Of a stretch of 56,477 nucleotides of DNA, positions 9,852-19,649 are shown piece by piece; position 1 is the first letter of the stretch; each line of letters begins with the position of its first letter. The stretch spans positions 1 through 56,477 of the forward strand of contig DASXLU010000065.1 in assembly GCA_036496065.1 (NCBI GenBank). Direction: 5' to 3'. A model generated the notes under the pieces. The model did no database searches. It saw only the letters and a program-made list of their open reading frames with translations, and was not told the DNA's origin. The translations under genes were made by a program, and so were the position numbers. The DNA is from Candidatus Acidiferrum sp. (GTDB lineage Bacteria; Acidobacteriota; Terriglobia; Acidiferrales; UBA7541).

Positions 9852-10517
9852 ATGGGATTGCAACTGACGGACACGGAAGTACGGGTGCTGGGCGCGCTCG
9901 TGGAGAAGGAGTCTACGACTCCGGAATATTATCCTTTGTCGCTCAACGCGCTGGTCAACGCGTGCAACCAGAAATCGAATCGCGAACCGGTGATGACGCT
10001 GGATGAAGAGTCGGTGCGGCACGCTTTGCGTTCGCTGTCGGATCAGGCGCTGGTGCGGTCTGCGGGTGGCGATTCGCGCGTGCCCAAGTTCGAACATCGC
10101 CTGAACGAACTTTACAACTTTCATCGTCATGAAATTGCGGTGTTGTGTGTGTTGCTGCTGCGCGGGCCGCAAACTCCGGGTGAGTTGCGCACGCGAGCTG
10201 AGCGCATGTTTGCGTTCGAAGATCTGGAAGCAGTGCACTCCGCGCTGAATCACCTGATGCGGCGCGAACCGCCGTTGGCGAAGGTGTTGCCGCGTCAACC
10301 GGGTACGAAAGAATCGCGCTACATGCACCTGTTGGGTGAGGATGCCGAGCCGATGATGCCTGCCTCTGGGGAAAAGGAATTTGGCGCCGGGTCGAGCGCG
10401 AACGATTCTGCGGAACTGGAGCGAATCAGCCAACTCGAGACGGAAGTGAACTCGTTGCGACGGGAGCTGGAAACACTTCGCGAACAATTCGCCGCGTTCC
10501 AGAAGCAGTTTCAGTAA
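9852..10517 (+). CDS. yceH: YceH / DUF480 family protein
   Basis: RVLGALVEKESTTPEYYPLSLNALVNACNQKSNREPVM, LLLRGPQTPGELR; C-terminal coiled coil. Confidence 0.93.
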   Translation: MGLQLTDTEVRVLGALVEKESTTPEYYPLSLNALVNACNQKSNREPVMTLDEESVRHALRSLSDQALVRSAGGDSRVPKFEHRLNELYNFHRHEIAVLCVLLLRGPQTPGELRTRAERMFAFEDLEAVHSALNHLMRREPPLAKVLPRQPGTKESRYMHLLGEDAEPMMPASGEKEFGAGSSANDSAELERISQLETEVNSLRRELETLREQFAAFQKQFQ

Positions 10518-10561
10518 CGCCTCGCGCAACGGTCGTGGCTCTGCATGTCGGCGCGGACGGC

Positions 10562-11182
10562 TCACTTTTTGCGGAAAACGCCTTGAACCACTCCGCCTTT
10601 GCCGCTGTGCATCCGGCCTTCGTTCAGGTCCGCAACGGTCTCTTCCAACTCTACAATTTCTGCTGAAGCAAAATCCTGGCGCAAAATTTCAGCGGTATAG
10701 AGAAGGTCCAGCTGCTTCGGTCCGCCGGAAGTGTATTGCAGCTGCGCAGGGGAAAATGCCTGCAGAATAATCACGCCGCCGGGTTTTGCAGCACGCAACA
10801 TTCCGGCATGCGCAATCTGCCGATCTGCCGGCAACATATGCACAAAGATGGAGGCGACGGCATCGAATCGTGCTTCCGGCCAATTCCATGTGGTCAGATC
10901 GCCCTGCTCGATCTGCATCTCGACTCCGGCTGCCGCGGCAATCTTACGGGCGCGCTCGACGCCGACCGACGAAACATCCACGGTGTGCACGCAGAATCGT
11001 TGTTGCGCAAGCCACAAACCATTGCGGCCGTAGCCGTCACCCGGAACAAGCACCCGCGCACCCGATTTCAGACTCGCTGCGTGGGCTCGCAGGTAGGTGT
11101 TGGGCGTATCTCCATATACCAGTTCCTCTCGCGAGAATCGTTCATCCCACATTGCCGCAGCATCGTACTGTTTGCTCACCAT
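10562..11182 (-). CDS. class I SAM-dependent methyltransferase
   Basis: WDERF..YGDTPN, VLVPGDGYGRN SAM-binding loop, KPGG. Confidence 0.9.
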   Translation of the reverse strand: MVSKQYDAAAMWDERFSREELVYGDTPNTYLRAHAASLKSGARVLVPGDGYGRNGLWLAQQRFCVHTVDVSSVGVERARKIAAAAGVEMQIEQGDLTTWNWPEARFDAVASIFVHMLPADRQIAHAGMLRAAKPGGVIILQAFSPAQLQYTSGGPKQLDLLYTAEILRQDFASAEIVELEETVADLNEGRMHSGKGGVVQGVFRKK

Positions 11183-11203
11183 TTTCTCCGCAGGACTCCA
11201 GTA

Positions 11204-11237
11204 TAAAAGAAAAGAGCCGCCCCAAGCAGAGCGGCTC
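11204..11237 (-). terminator. intrinsic terminator after 11255-11623
   Basis: GAGCCGC-N10-GCGGCTC stem with an A-rich tract on +, i.e. a U tract on the minus transcript. Confidence 0.7.
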
Positions 11238-11254
11238 CCTGTGTCACAGCGACT

Positions 11255-11623
11255 TTACTTCTTGGTTGTGTCTTTGGGCTTTTCGTCGCCACTCTTGGCA
11301 AGGTGGTAGCCGGCCTTCATGGCATCCGCTTCGGTCATGTATTGGCCATGCTTGGTCTTGCCGTACCACTCGTCACCTTCCTTGTGGTAGACCTTCGTCG
11401 AAGTGTTCACCCACACTTTTCCGTTGCCGCCTCCGGGCGCCTGCGGAATTTTGGAAGGATCAGGGGGAGCTTGCTTGGTTTTTGCTTTGGATTTGCTCGA
11501 ATCGGTTGTAGTGCTCTGCGTGCTGGATGGGGCCTGAGAAGCGGCTTGCGGAGTGGCAGTTGCGCCTAGCAAAGTAACGCAGGCAAGCCATGCCACAGGC
11601 AGCAGGAAAGCTTTTTTCGTCAT
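11255..11623 (-). CDS. small secreted protein
   Basis: GAGGAG RBS, signal peptide, low-complexity linker and compact C-terminal module [32 protein letters not shown]. Confidence 0.8.
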   Translation of the reverse strand: MTKKAFLLPVAWLACVTLLGATATPQAASQAPSSTQSTTTDSSKSKAKTKQAPPDPSKIPQAPGGGNGKVWVNTSTKVYHKEGDEWYGKTKHGQYMTEADAMKAGYHLAKSGDEKPKDTTKK

Positions 11624-11849
11624 GCGAATCCTCCTCAGATTTTTTCGATGGCGGGTGGGCCAATTCCAATGGGCAAGATCATACACCGTGGCCGAAGGAT
11701 TCGCTGCATAGCGGGGCGCGGGTCAGCGCGGATTTTAACGTAAAGAAAGACGGTCGTTCTGAGGCGTGCGCTGCATTTGCAAATTTTAGGGCAGGGGGTA
11801 ATATATCGACTGGTTCAGGGTACCGCCAACAGGGCGGAACTGTCTCTAC

Positions 11850-13544
11850 ATGGTCACACACGACGACGGCGCCGACGCAACTTCCCCCGCAGAAGCCTCT
11901 TTTATCTCTCGCTACGTGTTTACTACGCATCACAAAACAATAGGTTTGCAATATTTGTGGCTGGCGCTTGCCAGCGTGTTTGTCGGCATGATTTTGTCGG
12001 CATTGTTGCGCATTCACAGCTCCTGGCCGGACAGCGCGATTCCGTTTCTGCGGGCCATCGAGAATACTCCTGAGCGCTATGCGGCCGTTCGGTTGTTGCA
12101 CGGATCGCTGATGGTGTTTTTTGTGCTTACCGCGGCGCCGCAGCTGGGATTCGGCAATTATTTGTTGCCGCTGCAAATCGGCGCCGACGAGATGGCGTTC
12201 CCGTCATTGAACTTGCTCTCACTCTGGCTGACGGTAGGCTCGCTGTTGGGCATGACCGCGTCGTTTTTCTTCCCGCTCGAGTCCGGGATAAACATCTGGC
12301 TGGTAAGCGCAGCGATATTCTCGCTGGCGGCGCTGCTGAGCGCGATCAATTTTACGGTAACCACGATCGAACTGCGGGCCAGCGGAATGACGTTGCCGCG
12401 CATGCCCATTACGGTTTGGGCGTGGTTCCTGAACGCCATCTTGAGCATGCTGATTTTCAGCGTGTTGCTCGCGGGGAGCAGCGCGATTCTTAGCGACCGG
12501 CTGCTCGGCTCGCAATTTTTTTCGGCGGCGAACTTTTTAGCGCAGCAACCGCAAAACCTGGTGCGACAGGGGAGCCTCCCTGTTTTGTGGCAGCGGTTGT
12601 TCTGGTATTTCGCGCAGGCCGAAGTGTATGTGGCGATGCTGCCGTGCTTCGGAATTGTTACGCATCTGGTAGCGACGTTTTCGCGCAAGCCCGTGTGGAA
12701 GGAACGACTGGTAGTGTTGGCATTGTGCGCGGTCGGACTGGTTGGATTCTGCGTGTGGGGCTACCACATGTTCGCGACAGGGATGAACCCATACGCTCCG
12801 CTGGTGTTTGCAGTGCTGGCGTCGTCGCTGGGAATTCCGGCAACGATTCTGCTGGCGAGTTGGTTTGGAACACTGTGGAATTCCCGGATCGAGTTGAACG
12901 CCGCGATGTTGTTCGCGATTGGATTTGTTTCGCTATTTATCGCCGGAGGGCTTTCGGGACTGTTTCTGGCGCGGCATGATCTGGCGCGAGCGGCGGTGAG
13001 CGAAGATTTTGTAGTTGGCCATTTTCACTTGGTTATGGGCGTTGCAGCGACATTTGCGATTCTGGGCGCGCTGTTTTTCTGGTTCCCCAAACTTTTTGGA
13101 CGCCGTTTGAACGAAACGATGGGGAAAGTACATTTCTGGATGACCTTTGCGGGCGTCTATTGCATCTTTATGCCGATGCATTGGATGGGCCTGCTGGCAC
13201 AATCGCAAATGCTGCCCGCTGCGCAACGCGCGGCACTGGCCGCGGGCGGCGGCTCTTTTCGCACGATCATTACGCTGGCCACCTTGTGGACCGTGGCAGC
13301 CCAGTTGCTATTTGTAGTGAATTTCGCGACTACCTTGCTGCGGCGCAAAAATGTTCGGGAAGACAACCCATGGCACGCATCGACACTCGAATGGAGTGTC
13401 GCGTCGCCCGCGCCTGACATTAATTTTGGCGATGCCCAGCCCACTGTTTATCGCGGAGCGTACGAATTCCCAGCCGGTTCTTCCACCGATGATTTTGCAC
13501 CACAGCACCTCGCGCCCGAGCTGTTGACACAGAAAGCTCGTTGA
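11850..13544 (+). CDS. ctaD: heme-copper oxidase subunit I-like protein, atypical (two CuB His missing)
   Basis: HKTIG..YL, LHG, PLQIGADEMAFP, GHFH, NPW..STLEW; HPEVY appears as QAEVY and HH as YH. Confidence 0.85.
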   Translation: MVTHDDGADATSPAEASFISRYVFTTHHKTIGLQYLWLALASVFVGMILSALLRIHSSWPDSAIPFLRAIENTPERYAAVRLLHGSLMVFFVLTAAPQLGFGNYLLPLQIGADEMAFPSLNLLSLWLTVGSLLGMTASFFFPLESGINIWLVSAAIFSLAALLSAINFTVTTIELRASGMTLPRMPITVWAWFLNAILSMLIFSVLLAGSSAILSDRLLGSQFFSAANFLAQQPQNLVRQGSLPVLWQRLFWYFAQAEVYVAMLPCFGIVTHLVATFSRKPVWKERLVVLALCAVGLVGFCVWGYHMFATGMNPYAPLVFAVLASSLGIPATILLASWFGTLWNSRIELNAAMLFAIGFVSLFIAGGLSGLFLARHDLARAAVSEDFVVGHFHLVMGVAATFAILGALFFWFPKLFGRRLNETMGKVHFWMTFAGVYCIFMPMHWMGLLAQSQMLPAAQRAALAAGGGSFRTIITLATLWTVAAQLLFVVNFATTLLRRKNVREDNPWHASTLEWSVASPAPDINFGDAQPTVYRGAYEFPAGSSTDDFAPQHLAPELLTQKAR

Positions 13545-13562
13545 GCTTAGAAAAGGGAACGC

Positions 13563-14234
13563 ATGCCGGGCACATCTTCAACGCACGATATCGAGTTGAT
13601 CGTCGAAAAGGTTGGCGGCGGAGGCGGCGACACGGTTCCGCCTGCCGGTGGACATGGCGGGGGCGACGACAGCAAGCGTCCGCGCAAAGGGAAGCCATCT
13701 CCGAAGCGCTACTACACGGGCATCGCGCTCGGCATTGTATCCATCCTGATGTTTTTCATGGCGCTGGCCAGCGCTTTTTTGGTCCGCAAGGGTGCGAGCA
13801 GCGATTGGGTGCCGGTACATATCCCGGCGCTGATGTGGCTGAATACACTGGTGCTGTTGCTGAGCAGTGCAACGCTGGAGATGGCCCGAAAGCGGCTGGC
13901 GCAGTCCAATGTGGACGGCTTCAAGAAGCTATGGATGCTGACGACCGGCCTGGGGATTGCGTTTCTTGTGGGGCAAGTCGTCGCCTGGAAACAGCTCGCG
14001 ACGCAGGGAATTTATCTGGCGACGAATCCGGCAAGCAGCTTCTTTTATATTTTCACGGGCGCTCACGCCTTGCACCTGATCGGCGGGGTTGGCGCTCTGA
14101 TATATGTAGCGTGGCGTAACTTTGATCGCGCCAACGTAACGCGAACCGTAGCGGCGGAAGTCGCTTCCTACTACTGGCACTTCATGGACGCGCTGTGGCT
14201 CTTTTTGCTAGCCCTGCTGTATTTGGGAAAATAG
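13563..14234 (+). CDS. ctaE: heme-copper oxidase subunit III (short form)
   Basis: NTLVLLLSS, FYIFTGAHALHL, YWHFMDALWLFL. Confidence 0.9.
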   Translation: MPGTSSTHDIELIVEKVGGGGGDTVPPAGGHGGGDDSKRPRKGKPSPKRYYTGIALGIVSILMFFMALASAFLVRKGASSDWVPVHIPALMWLNTLVLLLSSATLEMARKRLAQSNVDGFKKLWMLTTGLGIAFLVGQVVAWKQLATQGIYLATNPASSFFYIFTGAHALHLIGGVGALIYVAWRNFDRANVTRTVAAEVASYYWHFMDALWLFLLALLYLGK

Positions 14235-14256
14235 GCGAAACAGACCTGTAGAAATG

Positions 14257-14295
14257 AAAGAGCGCCTGTAGCCAAAGACTACAAGCGCTCTTTTT
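14257..14295. terminator. bidirectional intrinsic terminator
   Basis: AAAGAGCGCCTGTAG-ccaaaga-CTACAAGCGCTCTTTTT between convergent genes. Confidence 0.85.
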
Positions 14296-14327
14296 GCGGT
14301 CGTTGCAGTTCTAAGAGCGAAACCCCG

Positions 14328-17300
14328 TTAGAAGATTATTTTTAGAGCGGCCTGCATCTGGCGCGCGCTGGTGGTGCCGTCGGGACGCGTGACCGTCGAG
14401 AGCGACTGGCCAAAGGTGTTGTCCTGCAGCAGGTTGTCTGGATTAGTAAACTGGGTGTGATTGAAAAGGTTATAGACCTCGAGGCGGAATTGCAGATGGA
14501 ACCTCTCGGTGAGGCCTGTATCTTTCAGTACGGCCGTGTCAACGTTGACGAGATTCGGACCGTAGAACGCGTTCTTGCCAATGTTTGGTGTCACATCCAG
14601 CGGAGTAATTTCAATACCGCTTGCCGCGGGGCCGGTGAAGGTCTTGTCGGTCCCGGTCGGTTGTGAAGTCGGGCCGATAATCGTGCCACGCGCGGCCTCA
14701 CCAGTGTGATCGCTGTCTACGTTGCCGAGAATGTCGTAGGGGTGGCCAGTTTGCGCTTCGATGACGCCGCTTACGGACCAGCCTTCAAGAAGCCTTCCGA
14801 CCATGCCGCTACTGAGATGGCCGCGGCCACGCCCGATATTCGGTTCGTAAATGAAATTGATCACACCGCGGTGGCGGATGTCGAAATCTGAGTTACCGCG
14901 TTCGGCGCGCAGGTCGAACGAATCGCGCGGAAAGGTTTGATTCCCTAACGCGGGATTAAGAGGATCGTTTACATCGCTAATCGCGTGGGCAAATGTATAG
15001 GCTCCCTGAATTTGCAAGCCGTGGGACATGCGTTTCTGCAGATTCACCTGCAAACCGTGATAGATGGAGTTACCGGTGGATTCATTGAAGGCAGATCCCG
15101 GCGCACTTCCGGCATTGTTGAAAGCGTTGTTGTTGGTGGCGTCGAAGGGCAGGTTGCCGTTTTCCGCTCCGAACCAGAGACTGCCAAATTGCAGCGTGCT
15201 GGAAGAGCATCCGAAGGCATTCCCCGGTACGCAGTAGGCCAGCAACTGGGAAACGAGATTTGGCTGCGGAGGGTTTGCGTCTACCACGCGGAAAAGATGG
15301 GTCCCTTTGACTCCGACGTAATTCACTTCGAGAGTTAATGTGGGAGTGATGGCATGCTGGACGCCAAAATTCCAGTTTTGGCTATCGGGCGTTTTGAAAT
15401 TCGGATCAAACAACGTGGCGAAGAAACCGGCGCCATCATCAAGCGTAGCGGAAGTGGGCACCAATGTGGGAGCAGCAAGGGTCGATACTTGGGCGCTGGG
15501 AGAGGCAAAAAAGGTCTGCTGGAACGGAGGATTGCCGCGAGCATTGCCCACCAGATTGCCAAATATTCGGTCGTGGAAGATACCAAAGCCCGCGCGAATC
15601 GACGTTTTGCCATTCTTGAAAGGATCCCAGGCGAAGCCGATGCGCGGTTCGAAATTCTTGTACTGATTTTTGTATAGGTTGTGTCCGGTCCCGGGTCCCA
15701 CTGTGGTGAACGTGAAAGGTGCGGGGCCGCTCGCATCCTGAAATAACGCGGAGAGGTTGTTGTTTATCTCGAAGGGCACCCCGTAATACTCGTAGCGCAT
15801 GCCGTAGTTCAGCGTGAAATTGGGCCGCAACTTCCAAGTGTCCTGGATGAAGCCTGCCCACTCACGCTGCCGAAACCCGCGCAAATCGGAAGAAGTGTTC
15901 TGCTGCGCGTGGTTGAAGTATTGGTTCTGGAACTGGAAATCAACAAAGCCCAGCAGGGAAGAAACGGCATTTTGCAGCGAAACTAATTGCCCGATGTTGC
16001 CGGGATTGGCAGTAATGTCCAGAGGAGAGCCCGCGGGAATATTCACGACCGGCACTGCAACGCCGTTGGTGAACGAATTGAAGTCGAAAGTGCTGCGCGT
16101 GAAAAAGTTGTCGAAGGAGTTGGAATAGACATCGCGGAACTCGGCGCCCCACTTCAACAGGTGGTTGCCCTTGGAGTAGTTCATGTTATCCAGTGTTTGA
16201 TAGGTGCCTGTGTATCGCACTTGCGAGTTGGTATCGCCGAGTTGTTGGCAGCCAAATCCGTTAAAGGTTGGCGTGCCAAACGGAATGGCGTAATCGGCGC
16301 CGCGGCCGAAGGAATCAACAAAGCCGAAACCGTCGAAGGTAGAAGTACCGTTGCAGGTGAATTGCAGATCGGTGCGGTTGGCGCCAAATCGAAATTCATT
16401 GATGAATTTGTCGGTCAATGTGGAAGTCATGGAGATGGTGCCGTTTTGTGTGCGCTGATACGTGCCGATCGCACCCAGTCCGCCAGGGAGAAAGTCTGTA
16501 TGGAAGGCATTGGGGTCGGTAAAGCGGTTGTAGGCGTAGCGGCCGCTGAGCACATGTTTCTTGGTGAGGTTGTGATCGAGTTTGATGGTGAAATCATCGG
16601 TCTGCTGGCGCGAGGCACTAGGAAAAAAGAGAGTGCCGGTGACACCGGGCAGAACCGCCGGCCCATTTGGAGAGGGAAACAGCGAAAATATCTTCTGCAT
16701 GACCGGATCCAGGCCAAGGCCCAACCCATTGTTGTTGCTCGCCGGGGTACTGACATCGATCGGTGTCCCCAAAGCAGTAAAAGTGCCGGTTTTGAATTGG
16801 GCTGTGGGCACGACACTCTGATTTGTCAGCGTGGTGACGAATCGCTGGCCCTCATAGTTCGCAAACCAGAAAGTTTTGTCTTTTTTAATTGGGCCACCAG
16901 CCGAGGCCCCGAAATCATTCCGGACGTAAGGATTCTGGGGAGCGCCATTTGGCCCGTTGCCTGGATTAAAGAAATCACGGGCGCCGAGTGCGTTGTAGCG
17001 GCCGAACCAGTAGACCGTGCCATGAAGTTGGTTGGTGCCGCTTTTGGTGATGACTTCGATGACGGCTCCATTGTTACGTCCGTATTCAGGCAGGAAATTG
17101 TTGGTGATTACGCGGAATTCCTGGGTGGAATCGGGATTCAGTGAGTTGAGGCCGCCGGCAATCCCGGGGACTTCGGTGTCGTTGTTGTCGACGCCATCGA
17201 GCAGAAAATTGTTGTTTCGCTCGCTGGTTCCATTAGCAGAAAATCCCCCCAAGCCGGTGTTACTTTGCACGACGCCGGGGCTCAGAAGAATAAGTTGATA

Positions 17301-17765
17301 GGGGTCGCGGGTGAGAAGAGGCAGCTCCGTGATTCTCTTGGAATCGACCAGATTGCTGATTTGCGCATTTTCCAGTTCTACGGGAGGCAGCTCGGAAGCA
17401 TTGACTTCCGTGCTGGTAGACAAGGTGCCAACTTCCATGCGCGCATCGAGAGTGAAGGTTTGATCCACGGTAAGAACCAGATTCTCGAAGCGAGTGGTCT
17501 TAAATCCGTCTTTTTCAACTGTTAGTCGATACGTTCCTGGTACCAGGTTGGTGACGCGGTAAAGGCCCGTCTCGTTTGACACCGCATCACGGGTCGCTCC
17601 TGTCTGGGTATTAACCACCGTGACTTTCGCGTCAGAGATCACGGCCTCGCTTGCGTCCGTTACGGTGCCAACGACGCTTGCTGTCTGTGCGTAGACTAAA
17701 CTTGGCAGGAAAAAGCAGAAGACCAATAACACAGCCGCAGAGAAATGCTCACGCAACCAACTCAT
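14328..17765 (-). CDS. TonB-dependent receptor, Oar-like, with carboxypeptidase regulatory-like N-domain
   Basis: Signal peptide, GTVTD..A.VT, LLDGVDNND, EFRVITNNF.PEYGR, TKSGTN, C-terminal RQMQAALKIIF. Confidence 0.95.
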   Translation of the reverse strand: MSWLREHFSAAVLLVFCFFLPSLVYAQTASVVGTVTDASEAVISDAKVTVVNTQTGATRDAVSNETGLYRVTNLVPGTYRLTVEKDGFKTTRFENLVLTVDQTFTLDARMEVGTLSTSTEVNASELPPVELENAQISNLVDSKRITELPLLTRDPYQLILLSPGVVQSNTGLGGFSANGTSERNNNFLLDGVDNNDTEVPGIAGGLNSLNPDSTQEFRVITNNFLPEYGRNNGAVIEVITKSGTNQLHGTVYWFGRYNALGARDFFNPGNGPNGAPQNPYVRNDFGASAGGPIKKDKTFWFANYEGQRFVTTLTNQSVVPTAQFKTGTFTALGTPIDVSTPASNNNGLGLGLDPVMQKIFSLFPSPNGPAVLPGVTGTLFFPSASRQQTDDFTIKLDHNLTKKHVLSGRYAYNRFTDPNAFHTDFLPGGLGAIGTYQRTQNGTISMTSTLTDKFINEFRFGANRTDLQFTCNGTSTFDGFGFVDSFGRGADYAIPFGTPTFNGFGCQQLGDTNSQVRYTGTYQTLDNMNYSKGNHLLKWGAEFRDVYSNSFDNFFTRSTFDFNSFTNGVAVPVVNIPAGSPLDITANPGNIGQLVSLQNAVSSLLGFVDFQFQNQYFNHAQQNTSSDLRGFRQREWAGFIQDTWKLRPNFTLNYGMRYEYYGVPFEINNNLSALFQDASGPAPFTFTTVGPGTGHNLYKNQYKNFEPRIGFAWDPFKNGKTSIRAGFGIFHDRIFGNLVGNARGNPPFQQTFFASPSAQVSTLAAPTLVPTSATLDDGAGFFATLFDPNFKTPDSQNWNFGVQHAITPTLTLEVNYVGVKGTHLFRVVDANPPQPNLVSQLLAYCVPGNAFGCSSSTLQFGSLWFGAENGNLPFDATNNNAFNNAGSAPGSAFNESTGNSIYHGLQVNLQKRMSHGLQIQGAYTFAHAISDVNDPLNPALGNQTFPRDSFDLRAERGNSDFDIRHRGVINFIYEPNIGRGRGHLSSGMVGRLLEGWSVSGVIEAQTGHPYDILGNVDSDHTGEAARGTIIGPTSQPTGTDKTFTGPAASGIEITPLDVTPNIGKNAFYGPNLVNVDTAVLKDTGLTERFHLQFRLEVYNLFNHTQFTNPDNLLQDNTFGQSLSTVTRPDGTTSARQMQAALKIIF

Positions 17766-18059
17766 GGACCCTCCCCCAATCAGACTTCGAGAATGAACAA
17801 TCCCGCCTTCTGCGACAGGGCAACACAGTTCGGGAGGAACCCGGGCTACGGAACGAAACCACGGGTTAGACCACTCGTGGTTTTACTGCGATGGCACGAA
17901 GTATAGCACCGACGAGAGGCGGATTTGTCTCGTAGGCAGCAATTGTGCTCTTAAATAACGAGGTGCCGAGGAGGTCAATTGGAGGACCCGACGCAATTGG
18001 TATCAGCGATAGCTCTACTCTTCGGTGGGTATGGACAGCAACCTGAGGAACGCAAAATC

Positions 18060-18317
18060 TTATCGCAAGCGGGCAGGGGGATCGGCGGAAGGTGGTGACG
18101 GCGACACTGCCTTCGCGGGAGTTGTATTTGCCGCGACGCTAGCTGGAGCTGGGTTCGCTATGCCGACGCCCGCGTTCCAATCGATATGATCCTTGGCGCA
18201 TGCGGGGCAGTAACCTTTACCCGTATCTTCATCGCGGAGGCTGGCCAGTTCGTAGCAGCCGCACACGCAATCGCAATAGCCCGTTTCGGATGCGGTCTTG
18301 AGTGGAATGAGCGCCAT
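18060..18317 (-). CDS. small Cys-rich protein (possible metal binding)
   Basis: AGGA RBS; CDCVCGC-x15-CPAC; Pro/Ala-rich tail; downstream of the HD-GYP gene on the same strand. Confidence 0.6.
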   Translation of the reverse strand: MALIPLKTASETGYCDCVCGCYELASLRDEDTGKGYCPACAKDHIDWNAGVGIANPAPASVAANTTPAKAVSPSPPSADPPARLR

Positions 18318-18392
18318 GGTCTGTTCCTATGCAACATACCACACGCTGCAATGGAATCGCGTTTCGCTGACGCAGCAGAAACGCGCGGTTGG

Positions 18393-19490
18393 TTACAGGT
18401 TCTTCAGATGTGCCAAGCGCAGCGGAGAACCTAGATTCTCGCGTAACTCGAGCCAATGACCTTCCGGAATGGAGAGAAACACCTCGACGATCTTTGGGTC
18501 GAATTGCGTGCCGGAACAGCGGCGTATTTCATCGCGAGCATGCGCCATTGGCAATGCCTTGCGGTAGGGACGATCGCTGACCATGGCATCCAACGCATCT
18601 GCAACCGAAAATATGCGGGCGCCGAGAGGAATTTGTTCGCCTCGCAAACAGCGCGGATAACCGGTGCCATCGAAAAACTCCTGGTGAGCCAGGACGATTT
18701 CCGCGGCATCACGCAAGAACGGAATACGCGTGAGCATGTTGTAGCCAATTTCACAGTGTGTGCGCATGATGGTCTTTTCGTCGTTGTCCAAGGGGCCGGG
18801 TTTGCGCAGAATCGAATCCGGGATGGCCATTTTGCCAATATCGTGCAGAAACGCCGCACGGGCGAGCACCGGCAGGTAGGGAAGCGGAACCGGCACGCAC
18901 TTGGCGATGGAAACGGTGAACGCCGTAACACGCTGGCAATGGCCTTCGGTCTCTGCATCTTTTAAGTCGAGGGCGCTGCCAAGAGCCTCAAGGGTGTCGT
19001 CGTAAGACTGCTCCAGTTGCGCCAAAGCGCCAGTCAACTGCGCGGTACGGTCTTCCACCTGTTGTTCGAGGTTGCGCTGGTAATTCCTGTTTTCGAGGAC
19101 GAGGTTGCGATGTTGCAACGCGCGCCGCACACCCAGAAACAGCTGATCCTTCTCAAAGGGCTTCAAGATGTAGTCATAGGCGCCACGGCGGATCGCTTCG
19201 AGAGCGGTAGAGATGTCGTGAATCGCCGTGACCATGATGACCGGAACTTCAGGATCGTGATTGCGCAGCCATTCGAGGAGTTTGATTCCGTCCATCTCGG
19301 GCATGATCATGTCGCTGAGAACGAGGTCAGGAGTATTTTTGCGGACGTGTTCCTGAGCAGCGCGACCGTTGCTCACGGCGGTGCAATGATAGCCGCGAGA
19401 TTCGAGCATGGTCGAGACGACTTCACGTATGGCCTCTTCGTCATCGACGACGAGAATGTTTTCGGTGTCCACGGTTAGAAGTTCTCCCAA
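18393..19490 (-). CDS. response regulator with HD-GYP phosphodiesterase domain (RpfG-like)
   Basis: REC ILVVDD..LSDMIMP..KPF; LHDIGK, HQEFFDGTGYP, RPYR; start may be GTG 19472. Confidence 0.95.
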   Translation of the reverse strand: MGELLTVDTENILVVDDEEAIREVVSTMLESRGYHCTAVSNGRAAQEHVRKNTPDLVLSDMIMPEMDGIKLLEWLRNHDPEVPVIMVTAIHDISTALEAIRRGAYDYILKPFEKDQLFLGVRRALQHRNLVLENRNYQRNLEQQVEDRTAQLTGALAQLEQSYDDTLEALGSALDLKDAETEGHCQRVTAFTVSIAKCVPVPLPYLPVLARAAFLHDIGKMAIPDSILRKPGPLDNDEKTIMRTHCEIGYNMLTRIPFLRDAAEIVLAHQEFFDGTGYPRCLRGEQIPLGARIFSVADALDAMVSDRPYRKALPMAHARDEIRRCSGTQFDPKIVEVFLSIPEGHWLELRENLGSPLRLAHLKNL

Positions 19491-19649
19491 GCAGCATTAT
19501 ATGTGACGTCACAGGCGGAATGGGGGAGGCTTGCCCAGGTAGAAAATAGCGTGTTAGCGTCAAGTTAAGGCTACTGCCGTAGTTTCTCGCTTCGGAAGCG
19601 CCGCGGCACAACTTTCTTTTCAACCTGTGCGTATCTAGGGAGAGCTGCT

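Noticed and set aside
15987-17144. 385-aa plus-strand ORF and similar ORFs at 32007-33155, 38562-39545 and 42688-43647
   Set aside because: All fully antisense to well-supported genes
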